Below, in pieces: positions 48,703-58,012 of a stretch of 64,000 bases of DNA; the first letter of the stretch is position 1, and every line of letters starts with the position of its first letter. Origin of the DNA: a virus; the IMG/VR virus record IMGVR_UViG_3300035492_000225; one strand, 5' to 3'. A program made the position numbers and the translations under genes. The notes beneath the pieces were generated by a model. That model saw only the letters and a list, made by a program, of their open reading frames with translations. It was not told the DNA's origin and ran no database searches.

Positions 48703-49890
48703 TTATTTCGCCATCTGAAGTTTATACAGCATCTGAGCTACTCGACCGATCTTACCGATGATGTAACCCAGGATGTCATTGATAGACCCCATAATCAAAG
48801 CAGCACCCCACAGGGTCTTTGATCTGGTTTCCAGTTCTTTTATTTCTGTTTCACTACTGACCTGTCGCCGAAGGTCCAGTACCTGCTTATCCAGTTCCTT
48901 GACACGGTCACTGTATTTAGCAATGACAGTGGTGATACGCTCCATTTGCTTGGAGACCATAGTATCACGACCTACATCGATATTCTTAGCCAGAGCACTG
49001 ATAACGGGTGATGCTGTAGCTGGGTCCATGGTCACTGGTTTGTTATTCAACTCAATCATCTTCAGACGCATGTCACGAAGAGAACCCATGACCTCATTGA
49101 CACTACCGGCGACACGATTAGGGTCGATTATCTGATTTACCAGGGCATCCACCTTAGGTAATGTGTTACCGATCTCTGTGAGCGAATTTTCACTCTGCAG
49201 GGCATTGACTACGTTGTCGACAGCAGACATCATGTTACTGATGAGATTCTTTTCAGCGATCAAAACAGAAAGTTCATCCAGTTTCACTTCAGTGTCATCG
49301 GGTAAACGAATGACGTCACCATCGACCACCGCTTTTTTCAGCTTAGTGTCGATATCCTTAGACCGGTAGCTGGAGGATACACGTTTACTCACTTGCTCTA
49401 CTTTCTTTGCCGTCACCACGTTTTTACGAAAGAATCCAACGCTCTTTTGAATAGTGGTCTTGATTGCTAAGATGATCTTCTTGATCGCTTCAATGACATA
49501 TCGTGCAACGTTAGAGAGGACCCCCTCCATCGCTACGTCGTAATTGACTTTCGAGGGTAATTCCGTGAAGCTGATCAGAGGGATGTTTTCAAAGGGATCT
49601 TCCATCCCTTCCATCGAAGAGATGAGTTGGTTGATCGTAGTTACGTCAGAACGAGAGATTGACTCGTTATCACGAATAGCACCGAGGACACCCATCATAG
49701 ACTCGAGCGCAGGTTCCATCTCGAAATCGATGAGCGGGATTTCTTCATCTACCGAATCCAAAGATTCGATAGCTACAGAGATATCTTCCATCAGCGATTC
49801 GAGTGATTGGGATTCGATCAACTCGGCCTGACGGCGTAATGTCTCTTCATCGTACACGATTTCTTCTTGGTCACTGAGAGTATCTGCCAT
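48703..49890 (-). CDS. Putative internal head protein, paralogue of 47378..48700
   Basis: SLES, ALES, SMEG, AMEG; ISFTELPSKVNYDVAMEG; start at 49890 behind GAGG. Confidence 0.7.
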   Translation of the reverse strand: MADTLSDQEEIVYDEETLRRQAELIESQSLESLMEDISVAIESLDSVDEEIPLIDFEMEPALESMMGVLGAIRDNESISRSDVTTINQLISSMEGMEDPFENIPLISFTELPSKVNYDVAMEGVLSNVARYVIEAIKKIILAIKTTIQKSVGFFRKNVVTAKKVEQVSKRVSSSYRSKDIDTKLKKAVVDGDVIRLPDDTEVKLDELSVLIAEKNLISNMMSAVDNVVNALQSENSLTEIGNTLPKVDALVNQIIDPNRVAGSVNEVMGSLRDMRLKMIELNNKPVTMDPATASPVISALAKNIDVGRDTMVSKQMERITTVIAKYSDRVKELDKQVLDLRRQVSSETEIKELETRSKTLWGAALIMGSINDILGYIIGKIGRVAQMLYKLQMAK

Positions 49891-49934
49891 TATCACATCC
49901 TCATAAACGGAGGGGACGAATCCCCTCCGAACAA

Positions 49935-50384
49935 TCACGCACTGGCAGTAAAGAACCGATTAACGAACTCACGCAGTTCATTACGAACCACCTGATCGTA
50001 GCTGCCGCACTTCAGAGCATCCAGATGACGTGGCATCAGAGCTTCTTTGAACTGCGCACCCTCCAGCATGCTGGTGATGGCAGAGGCGTTGAGCTGACCT
50101 GGGCAATGGCAGATCAAGTAGCGTTGACGGTAGACGTCGACGACCAGGTTGTAGGTGGAGGTAACGTTGAAGGGATACATTTCGTTGATTTCACCGATGA
50201 CCCGTTTGACGATTGGAGCATGGAACTGTTCGAAATGGGCAACGATCGAATCGACTTTCTCAGACGGCAGGGCGATGTGATAACCCAGTTCGATAGCCAG
50301 CATGACTTCGAGGTAGGATTTACGCTGCATCGGGTCTTGTACGGTTTCGACCAATTGAAGAAGACGCTGGATATTCATGAACAT
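49935..50384 (-). CDS. Conserved jumbo-phage hypothetical protein (149 aa)
   Basis: ORF in the structural block. Confidence 0.7.
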   Translation of the reverse strand: MFMNIQRLLQLVETVQDPMQRKSYLEVMLAIELGYHIALPSEKVDSIVAHFEQFHAPIVKRVIGEINEMYPFNVTSTYNLVVDVYRQRYLICHCPGQLNASAITSMLEGAQFKEALMPRHLDALKCGSYDQVVRNELREFVNRFFTASA

Positions 50385-51748
50385 TACACCTTATTGGCTT
50401 GGAGGGTATTGGAGACTTCAAAGAGACGGTTGTTGACCAGTTTCTCAATGGATTGTTGGAAGCGTCGCTCACCACGACGACCAGAGAACACATCGTAAAT
50501 CCAGGCGACAGCGCGATCTACACCGAAGTAACTGGCATCAGATAACTTACTCACGACACTGTCGATGATAGCAATCTGATCAATGATTTCTTTCCGTTGA
50601 TTCGGTGTCAGCGTTGGTTCTTTGCTCGATGCAATGAGTTCGCGACGCATGGCATCGTAACGTTTTGGAATGGGGTCATAAATTCCGTCATCAGGGTCCT
50701 TAAAGAGAACCGAGAGCAGCAGAAACGACCCAACCACTAAACCAATGACTCCGAATGAAGCTACAGCCACAGCACCCATATGTACACTAGCTGCTGTGAA
50801 ATTGCCTAATAGAAGACCAGATATCGAAATTGAACCGATTGCAAATGCGGCAGTACAATAACTGAAAAGAGATGCGATTATGTTACCCATTCGACCACGG
50901 TATTCTCGAATGTACTGTGGATATATCTGGTAAATCACATCCATACCTTTAACAAGGTGATGGGCGCCACCGTGGCGGGCTACGAACTGATCTGCGGTAA
51001 ACTCAAAAGCACGACGATCAAAGAACTTGGTGCCGAGTTCAGAACGGATACTGTCTACCATCCCGGCGATAACCATCTGCTGGATAAGCAGTGGGTCAGT
51101 GGATGAATTGATCTCGCCCAGATCACGGATACGCCAACCCGTCTTCTGTTCGACGACCTTGACGACCTCGACCATAGCCTGTTCAGTACCCGATTCCTGT
51201 TGGGTCTTGACGATCTCACGGACCACCAGGTTCGAAATGGTCAACATACCCATGTAACGCAGGAAACCAAAGCCATGACCCATCTCGTGAGCCAAGATGG
51301 CGGCGATGTATTCTGGTTGCATGATGTTGAGTACACGATGGTCATTGAAGAAATCGACACTCATGAAGATGTCGATTGGAATCTGACTGTAGATACCGCT
51401 GACTTTACCAGCTTTGATATCGACAGTACCTTTGAATACCTCTTTCTCACTGAGCTGACGGCGACGCTGTAGATTGGAGTGCTCTACATCAGACCGCATC
51501 GGGTTGGCTGAATTGGCCTGGGGTGGGATGACGAACGCATTAAAACCCTGACCCGCGATAAAATGGAAATTGAAGTGAATGCCGGTCACTTCTTTGGCGA
51601 TTTTGTGGAGTGCTTTACTCACTTTACCAAAGGTTTCTTTCGATGGGTCTTTCTGAGCAGTAGCCAATTGCATGGCCATATCTGCGATCAAACGGGATTG
51701 TCGTTGGAAGTCAATTACCTCGAACGATTCCACAAGAAGCTTGTTCAT
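50384..51748 (-). CDS. Putative virion protein with HExxH metallopeptidase-like motif
   Basis: AAILAHEMGH, E..ADQFVARHG, hydrophobic C-terminal segments; start uncertain. Confidence 0.65.
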   Translation of the reverse strand: MNKLLVESFEVIDFQRQSRLIADMAMQLATAQKDPSKETFGKVSKALHKIAKEVTGIHFNFHFIAGQGFNAFVIPPQANSANPMRSDVEHSNLQRRRQLSEKEVFKGTVDIKAGKVSGIYSQIPIDIFMSVDFFNDHRVLNIMQPEYIAAILAHEMGHGFGFLRYMGMLTISNLVVREIVKTQQESGTEQAMVEVVKVVEQKTGWRIRDLGEINSSTDPLLIQQMVIAGMVDSIRSELGTKFFDRRAFEFTADQFVARHGGAHHLVKGMDVIYQIYPQYIREYRGRMGNIIASLFSYCTAAFAIGSISISGLLLGNFTAASVHMGAVAVASFGVIGLVVGSFLLLSVLFKDPDDGIYDPIPKRYDAMRRELIASSKEPTLTPNQRKEIIDQIAIIDSVVSKLSDASYFGVDRAVAWIYDVFSGRRGERRFQQSIEKLVNNRLFEVSNTLQANKV

Positions 51749-51852
51749 TGGGCGTCTCTCAGTGTACATGAATGAAGAAGAGATGATCATAAGAATTGGC
51801 GTAAATAATAAACCAATGACAGTATCTCTGTGTAGCTAACAGGAGATATGTA

Positions 51853-53583
51853 ATGACTTGGTCCGACTCCAGCAAACCCTATACCAAAGACGATATCATT
51901 GGGTATGAATGCAAACACGCCACATACACAGTGAATCAACTAGAGGGTAGCGAAGATGATCTACTGACTGTAAAGGAGGTCATCCATCTTAAAGATGGTC
52001 GCAAGATCCCTAACCTCAGGTTCTACAAGAACCGTGAACGTCCGTTTGGTGTGACAAAGACGAAGTATCGTAATCATACCGACAAAAAGGAAATTGAAGA
52101 ACTGGATAAGTTGGTTATCCGCACTTCGACAGAACGTAACCTGAATAAAGAGATTGTCAAGCAACTCGGTTTCGGTAACCCTAACCAATCTCTTAAACGA
52201 CTCTGTCGTAACCAGTATATCTACGGTGCGGATATCTCACCAGCCACACTCCTGAAACGCCAATATCAAGAGAAGTGGCCTGGATTATTCCACAGTAACC
52301 AGGTGGCTGTACTCGATACCGAGACAGATATGTGGAACGGTGATGGGAAGGACGTCATCATCTCTACTGTGACGTTCAAGAACAAGGCCATCATCACCAT
52401 TCTTGAGGATTGGATTAAAGACATTCCTAATCCAGAGAAACAGATTCTTAAAGCGTTAGATGAACACCTTGGTCATCTTACCAAACCTCGCGGTATTGAG
52501 TTCGAGATCAAGATTCACAAGAAACGTGGTGATCTGATCAAGACATGTATTGACCGGTGCCACGAATGGAAACCCGATTTCGTTTCCTTCTGGAACATGG
52601 ACTTCGATATGACCGTCATGATCCGGGAACTGGAACGCGATGGTTATAACCTCGCTGATGTATTCAGTGCGCCAGAGGTGCCGCCTGAGTACCGGTGGTT
52701 CAACTACAGACGTGGTCCTGAGATCAAAGTCAAAGCAGATGGCACCAAGGAGAACCTGGCGTGGTACGATCGCTGGCACGTAGTGGAGACTCCGTCCTCT
52801 CATTTCTGGATTGATGCAGCAGCAGTCTACCGCAACATCCGTCGAGCTAAAGGTAAGGAACCTAGTTACTCCCTGGACTCTATCCTCAAGAAGAATCTGG
52901 GTGATAAGTTAGGTAAGCTGTATTTCCCTACAGGTGACTCATCAGCACCAGCGGGTAGTGTCGAATGGCACATGCAGATGCAGAAGTATTACAAGATCAA
53001 TTATGTCGTATACAACGTCTATGACTGTATCGGTTGTGAGCTTCTGGATGATGTCGTTACAGACCTCAACACTCAGATCAGTATTCTGTCTGGTAGTTCT
53101 GAATACACTGTGTTTAACTCCAACCCCAAGCGTAATGTTAATGAGTTCTACTTCGATCAATTGAAGAGAGGATTCATGGCAGGCACACTGTCTGATCAGA
53201 TGGAGACTGAGTTAGACGCTATTCTACCTGGTAAAGATGGTTGGATTGTGACACTCCCCTGTCATAACGTCGAAGCTAATGGGATACCCATGATCAGTGA
53301 TTTGCCTGATCTGCGTAGCTATGTGAGGCTTTATACCTCAGACGAGGATATTGGCTCCACATACCCCAATGGTGAGATCATCATGAACCTCTCCAAGATG
53401 ACTACGATGTATGAAGTAGGTAAGATCGCTGGGGTGACGCGAAGTAAACAGAGACTGATTGGAGTAAACCTGACAGGTGGTACTGTCAACTCTATCGAGA
53501 TTATGATGGAGGCGATGAAAGCACCTAGTCCGTTTGATCTGCTGGATGCATTCAGAGAAGAACTCGAAGCCGAAAGAAGATAA
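51853..53583 (+). CDS. Split family-B DNA polymerase, exonuclease/N-terminal palm subunit (phiKZ gp82-like)
   Basis: ExoI LDTETD, ExoII WNMDFD, ExoIII YNVYD and a motif-A-like DIGSTYP; no motif B/C. Confidence 0.85.
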   Translation: MTWSDSSKPYTKDDIIGYECKHATYTVNQLEGSEDDLLTVKEVIHLKDGRKIPNLRFYKNRERPFGVTKTKYRNHTDKKEIEELDKLVIRTSTERNLNKEIVKQLGFGNPNQSLKRLCRNQYIYGADISPATLLKRQYQEKWPGLFHSNQVAVLDTETDMWNGDGKDVIISTVTFKNKAIITILEDWIKDIPNPEKQILKALDEHLGHLTKPRGIEFEIKIHKKRGDLIKTCIDRCHEWKPDFVSFWNMDFDMTVMIRELERDGYNLADVFSAPEVPPEYRWFNYRRGPEIKVKADGTKENLAWYDRWHVVETPSSHFWIDAAAVYRNIRRAKGKEPSYSLDSILKKNLGDKLGKLYFPTGDSSAPAGSVEWHMQMQKYYKINYVVYNVYDCIGCELLDDVVTDLNTQISILSGSSEYTVFNSNPKRNVNEFYFDQLKRGFMAGTLSDQMETELDAILPGKDGWIVTLPCHNVEANGIPMISDLPDLRSYVRLYTSDEDIGSTYPNGEIIMNLSKMTTMYEVGKIAGVTRSKQRLIGVNLTGGTVNSIEIMMEAMKAPSPFDLLDAFREELEAERR

Positions 53584-53609
53584 AAGAAAAAAAAGAAGTA
53601 AGCACAGTA

Positions 53610-53643
53610 GACCATCACAGAGGTTCTACCCTCTGTGATGGTC
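53610..53643. terminator. 14-bp hairpin between convergent genes
   Basis: gaccatcacagagg-ttctac-cctctgtgatggtc; A-tract at 53582-53594. Confidence 0.8.
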
Positions 53644-53696
53644 ACTATGTTGTTTCTATTAGAACAGAGACCCAACGACCTCCATCCACGACACAT

Positions 53697-54428
53697 TCAG
53701 TCGTAATCCTCATCATCCATGGAATCATTGCGCTCGACTTCACCAAGTTTACCGAGTCGAATGAGGTCGCGTGATTCCTCTTCACTGAACGTGATGTCGA
53801 AACCTTCCATAGTCACCGAGCAGCTGGAAGAACCATCATATCCAGTGGCCACTGGATGACCGTACTGATCGCGCCAATAGATTTCCTTATCGCCGAAAGC
53901 ATAGTCACGAAGTTCATCACGAATGCTATCCCTGAGCATTTGAGTGGCGATCTCGAGATTCATCTCTTGACGAGGCCAGGTGGTGGCTGCCAGCTCCTCT
54001 TCCGTGATTCCATCATAGAAGAACGTGAGGTCATGTGATTTTTCCTTGACCTCGTAGTTCTCATAAAACGCCAGAATACGGGCCTTGGAAACGACACGTA
54101 TGTGTTCGTTGGTCTTAGTGGCGAAGATACGACAGAGACGATCGACGTGATCGTTACTGACCGGCCACACTTTGAGGAACATGACCGTACCGTCGTCACC
54201 TACTTCGATGGTGAGGTTAGGATTGAACCGCCCGTCAAATGGACCCATCTCCAAACTGTCAGTCTCGAAGATCTCAACTAGATCGCCGCAATACTGAATA
54301 TCGGCGACAAATTCCAGACTAGATTCCGTCTTGATCGAACGGAGACGACCGTAGTTGATCTCAGCATCATCGACGGTGACGATCGTCTGATCGTTATTGT
54401 CCAGATAGAATTCGTTATTGTAGATCAT
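53697..54428 (-). CDS. Hypothetical acidic protein (243 aa)
   Basis: ORF. Confidence 0.7.
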   Translation of the reverse strand: MIYNNEFYLDNNDQTIVTVDDAEINYGRLRSIKTESSLEFVADIQYCGDLVEIFETDSLEMGPFDGRFNPNLTIEVGDDGTVMFLKVWPVSNDHVDRLCRIFATKTNEHIRVVSKARILAFYENYEVKEKSHDLTFFYDGITEEELAATTWPRQEMNLEIATQMLRDSIRDELRDYAFGDKEIYWRDQYGHPVATGYDGSSSCSVTMEGFDITFSEEESRDLIRLGKLGEVERNDSMDDEDYD

Positions 54429-54607
54429 TGTGCGTTTCCTTCTACAGTGAATACAATCGGTGCGTCGAGATCTTCGACGCGGGTCTGGGGCAGGTTGGCT
54501 TCACGAGCCAGTTTTGCCAGTTTACACTCCGGCTTCTGTTGCTCGTTGTGACTAAAAACCCCTTCTTTGGTAACACCGTCACGCATTGCCATACGTTCAA
54601 AATTCAT
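54425..54607 (-). CDS. Small hypothetical protein (60 aa)
   Basis: GGAG RBS; ATGA overlap downstream. Confidence 0.6.
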   Translation of the reverse strand: MNFERMAMRDGVTKEGVFSHNEQQKPECKLAKLAREANLPQTRVEDLDAPIVFTVEGNAQ

Positions 54608-54662
54608 TGTTCAGTCTCCACAGAAAAAATAAATGCCCGGTATTTCTACCGGGCTTGTGAAC

Positions 54663-55256
54663 TCACCTGGAGCTGTAGTACTTGTAGATATCCAGATGGA
54701 TACCGCCATGTTCTTCAGCTTCCTTCTTCAAGCCCTCGCACTGAGCCCGACCGCGACGATAGACGCCAGCGTCGTCGCTATAGCTGTAGTACCAGTCAGC
54801 TGTCTTACAGCGGGCCTCGAAGGCGGCCTGTTCTTCGGTCAGGTTGTCGAAAGTCTTAACGACCTTCTGGACCTTGACTTCCTTGCCAGCTGCCTTGACT
54901 TCTGGCAGGCGAAGATCACGACGATCCCCCATGATCTCAAGGCGGGTCTTGATATTCTTGAATGGATAAACATGCACCCCATCCTTCATCTCAACCCCAC
55001 AATGAGTACCCTCTCGAATAATCACTTCGTGACTATACTGAAGGTAGCGGCGACCTTGACTGGTTCTGACGATGTTACCAGTCGCCTCAGCGATGCGGTT
55101 GAACAGGGTGGCGCTCACGTCGACACCTGCAACAACTTTATTGTCCATTACACCGTGGGCAACCAACGACGTTTCGTCATCGAACACCACTGTGTGACTG
55201 ATACCGAAATTTTTAATCTCGGTGTAGATTTCCAGCAAATCGTTTTTACGAATCAT
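54663..55256 (-). CDS. Hypothetical protein with C-terminal DWYYSYSDD motif
   Basis: AAGGAG RBS; motif recurrent in phage proteins (recalled). Confidence 0.75.
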   Translation of the reverse strand: MIRKNDLLEIYTEIKNFGISHTVVFDDETSLVAHGVMDNKVVAGVDVSATLFNRIAEATGNIVRTSQGRRYLQYSHEVIIREGTHCGVEMKDGVHVYPFKNIKTRLEIMGDRRDLRLPEVKAAGKEVKVQKVVKTFDNLTEEQAAFEARCKTADWYYSYSDDAGVYRRGRAQCEGLKKEAEEHGGIHLDIYKYYSSR

Positions 55257-55314
55257 GAGTGATCTCCTTAGATCATGGTTAGTGGTAGATTCATTCTACC
55301 GATTCGTTATTACA

Positions 55315-55339
55315 ATGTACTGCTGAAAATAATTCGAAT
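55315..55339 (-). promoter_or_regulatory. Putative phage promoter ATTCGAA-N13-TACAT
   Basis: Exact motif and spacing. Confidence 0.65.
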
Positions 55340-55340
55340 G

Positions 55341-55396
55341 AAAAAAAAAAGAAAAAAAAAGAATTACGCAGCGGAGAGTGCCCCATGGCACTCTCC
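55341..55396 (-). terminator. Hairpin plus long U tract
   Basis: ggagagtgcc-ccat-ggcactctcc at 55373-55396; A-tract at 55341-55360. Confidence 0.75.
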
Positions 55397-55404
55397 TTTC
55401 ATTC

Positions 55405-55665
55405 TCACCCTCGGGTATATCGAACCCCAAGAATGTCAAGTGCAGCACGGATGTGCTGATTGACATTTCGGTTATCGATCACCAAGTCAACCGGGTGGTA
55501 ACTTCTTACCCAACCGATTGACTCGATGTTGAATTCCCGGTGATGGGTGGTGTAAGGAATTTCTTCCCCACACTCGTCAACATCATAACGAGTCTCCGAC
55601 TTGTCACGATGTTTGACACCCATTGCGGTGAGATCTTTCAGCCTGGCGCGCAGCTGAATACCCAT
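55405..55665 (-). CDS. Hypothetical protein (86 aa)
   Basis: AGGAGG RBS. Confidence 0.7.
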   Translation of the reverse strand: MGIQLRARLKDLTAMGVKHRDKSETRYDVDECGEEIPYTTHHREFNIESIGWVRSYHPVDLVIDNRNVNQHIRAALDILGVRYTRG

Positions 55666-55776
55666 TGTAGCCCTCCTTAGGACCGGTTAAAATCAGGTAG
55701 TCGCCTACCCATGTACAACATATCAAACAGCGGGGATGAAACCCGAGTGCTTGAATACATTGCGCTGTGGATGTTG

Positions 55777-56070
55777 TCAATAGTAATGTTTTGACAACAG
55801 ATCCCAGAGATCTCGTGGGATCGGAATGACTTGATTCAAGTATATCAAGCCTTGGTAGGATTTTACCCTACCATACAGCACTCCAACTTCATAATTGGAG
55901 TACTCCAAGCCCGCTGACTTGATGCGATCGACCTCTTTATAGGTCTCCTCTGGAGTTATACGCTTGCTGGCGCTGCGCCAGCCGCAGAGGAACTCGTCGT
56001 GCTTTGCGTACTGTTGTGCTGTTGCACACAGTTCGCGGTTCAGGGCGGTGTTAATAACTGAAATATTCAT
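55777..56070 (-). CDS. Hypothetical protein (97 aa)
   Basis: AGGAGG RBS, downstream of the promoter cassette. Confidence 0.75.
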   Translation of the reverse strand: MNISVINTALNRELCATAQQYAKHDEFLCGWRSASKRITPEETYKEVDRIKSAGLEYSNYEVGVLYGRVKSYQGLIYLNQVIPIPRDLWDLLSKHYY

Positions 56071-56107
56071 AATGTGTCCTCCTAGGACTTGGTTAATGGA
56101 AGATGAT

Positions 56108-56198
56108 TCTTCCTATTCACACGTACTATGTATTGTTGAAAAATATTCGAATAGACCTTTGAGACGGCATAGAGAGGAGGGTCACCCTCCTCTCTATG
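56108..56198 (-). promoter_or_regulatory. Hairpin plus promoter cassette, copy B (motif at 56128-56152, palindrome at 56168-56198)
   Basis: Near-identical to 35286..35378. Confidence 0.8.
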
Positions 56199-56201
56199 TC
56201 A

Positions 56202-56771
56202 TCACCACTTAAACGAAGCAGGCAATTGCTCAGTTGACACCTCAGGCAATGATGCACCGGCCAACTTGACAATACGCTTGAGGTTCTTTTCTTTTTGTTT
56301 ATCGTCAAAAGGGGTGGTTGAATCCCAGGCCCATTGCAATAGACCTTGCCTTTGCTTGGTATGACATTTTTCATTCGATAGACTGCAACTGGCTTTCACC
56401 TGACCCATGTGCCTGGCCACAAAGCTCTTCCATCGTCCGATCTGCCAATCATCCTCTTTACCCAGACGACGTCCTAAGAAGTATTTGATATACCATTCCC
56501 ACCAACCTAGCGGGGAGTCTCTGGTTGTCCATCCCTTACGCTGCCATTCTTTCAAAGACTGCCTGGATTTAATTCCATAGTGATTTATACTCACGTCAGG
56601 GTCAGACCCTCGCTTGAGCACTTTCTTGTGGTTTTTATATTCGGCAGGAATGTCCTGGATGGCAGAGGTATATATTCCTTCAAATATTCCTTTGTCCAAC
56701 ATCTCCATTGGAGTATACGATGGACAAAAGTCGGGATGCCATTCTTTCTTTGCCGCTTCCATCGAAATCAT
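56202..56771 (-). CDS. Conserved Trp-rich hypothetical protein
   Basis: F.P..TP.EML..G.F.G.Y...YG.K...SL..W...GW...P.GW..WY..Y..GRR..DD.QI.RW pattern. Confidence 0.75.
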   Translation of the reverse strand: MISMEAAKKEWHPDFCPSYTPMEMLDKGIFEGIYTSAIQDIPAEYKNHKKVLKRGSDPDVSINHYGIKSRQSLKEWQRKGWTTRDSPLGWWEWYIKYFLGRRLGKEDDWQIGRWKSFVARHMGQVKASCSLSNEKCHTKQRQGLLQWAWDSTTPFDDKQKEKNLKRIVKLAGASLPEVSTEQLPASFKW

Positions 56772-56782
56772 AGCAATGACCT

Positions 56783-57280
56783 TTATCGTATCTCTTTCAT
56801 TTTAGAGGTAGATCTATGGATGACAACATCCCGACGTTTAGATAACTCGGTGTTTATCTGTGACGCAGGACCTAGTTCTTTGGTGTGTATTGATCTAAGA
56901 TGAGTATCTCCTAGAACGACTGCAATGACCCGACCTTCAAATTCAGTGATGGCTCGTTTTATCATGGTCAGCATATGCGACTCCCTGATTCTGAATTTCT
57001 CACGATCGGTAAGACCACGGTCGACAAAATCAAGATCAATGCCGATTAACTTACACCTTAATCTTTTTCCGATAAGGTAGATGTCTTTATTTATACGTGG
57101 ATCACAGACCCCACCTTCCTTACAGTTGTTCAGTCGAGAATCAATTTGTTCCACGTTGTCACATCTGTCCTCATAAAGAAGTTCGTGAAGTAAGACAGTC
57201 GGAGAGATACGAATAATCTCTTTATTTATCCGATCTATGTCTGAAGGGTCGTGATGAGCTTCGCCAAAAATATGGATCAT
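56783..57280 (-). CDS. Hypothetical protein with GE.H...E...G..H motifs (TraB/TIKI/ChaN-like)
   Basis: IFGEAHH, LLHELL, VVLGDTHLR. Confidence 0.55.
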   Translation of the reverse strand: MIHIFGEAHHDPSDIDRINKEIIRISPTVLLHELLYEDRCDNVEQIDSRLNNCKEGGVCDPRINKDIYLIGKRLRCKLIGIDLDFVDRGLTDREKFRIRESHMLTMIKRAITEFEGRVIAVVLGDTHLRSIHTKELGPASQINTELSKRRDVVIHRSTSKMKEIR

Positions 57281-57323
57281 TGTTCTACCCCATAAACCTA
57301 ATGTAAATACATAAGAATCAGGC

Positions 57324-57368
57324 AAAAAAAGAAGGTGAGATTGAGGACGGGATATCCCGTCCTCAATC
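57324..57368 (-). terminator. Perfect 30-bp palindrome plus U tract
   Basis: gattgaggacgggat/atcccgtcctcaatc at 57339-57368. Confidence 0.8.
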
Positions 57369-57383
57369 CAGTGACTCTATACA

Positions 57384-57776
57384 CTAATCGATATTCCTGA
57401 TCTCTGACGGACTGGTCACTTTCGTGTCACCATCGACCTCGTTATTAATGATATCGGCTCCACGCTGGTCTACATAGGCAAACCAGTCGTCGAATAGCTC
57501 ACCGTCGACAGTAGGGTGTCCCACATAGGTCAAGTGAGGGAACATATCTTCAACGTACATCTTCAGCAAGGCGATGTTGTTTGAACGTATATTGGTGATG
57601 ATATCACCCTCCGAGGGATCGACCCAGATGCCATCGCTTTCGATGGCGATAGGGGTCTTTTTGACATAGGTCTTAATGGTGATAGTATTCTCCAGGAAAG
57701 TAACTGAGTCTGCCGGCCAGATAAACACAGCGTGGATGTCTTTCTTGTTGATAACTTGAAGCTGTTTGTTTTTCAT
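57384..57776 (-). CDS. Hypothetical protein
   Basis: ATG 57776 behind AAGGA. Confidence 0.65.
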   Translation of the reverse strand: MKNKQLQVINKKDIHAVFIWPADSVTFLENTITIKTYVKKTPIAIESDGIWVDPSEGDIITNIRSNNIALLKMYVEDMFPHLTYVGHPTVDGELFDDWFAYVDQRGADIINNEVDGDTKVTSPSEIRNID

Positions 57777-57778
57777 GA

Positions 57779-58012
57779 CTAATTCCTTGGATAGAGGGTA
57801 TTTACCAGGTCGACGCAGTGACCAAACCAAACCGTTTCGATACCGGTAGCATCGACTGACATACATACATCGAAGAACTCTTCGCGTCGGTCAATTAACT
57901 GTTCAGCATTGACGGAGAATTGCTCCAACATACCGTAGGTGAACGCAATAACCACCCCCAGCGCACAGAGAAACTCCAGTGGTTTCACGGTAAGATACAT
58001 AGTTCGCATCAT
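57779..58012 (-). CDS. Small protein with one hydrophobic segment (77 aa)
   Basis: Fills the gap with an overlap to the upstream stop. Confidence 0.55.
   Translation of the reverse strand: MMRTMYLTVKPLEFLCALGVVIAFTYGMLEQFSVNAEQLIDRREEFFDVCMSVDATGIETVWFGHCVDLVNTLYPRN

Noticed and set aside
8037-56198. CRISPR array interpretation of the CATAGAGAGG repeats
   Set aside because: Copies are dispersed kilobases apart, not in a repeat-spacer array; no cas genes
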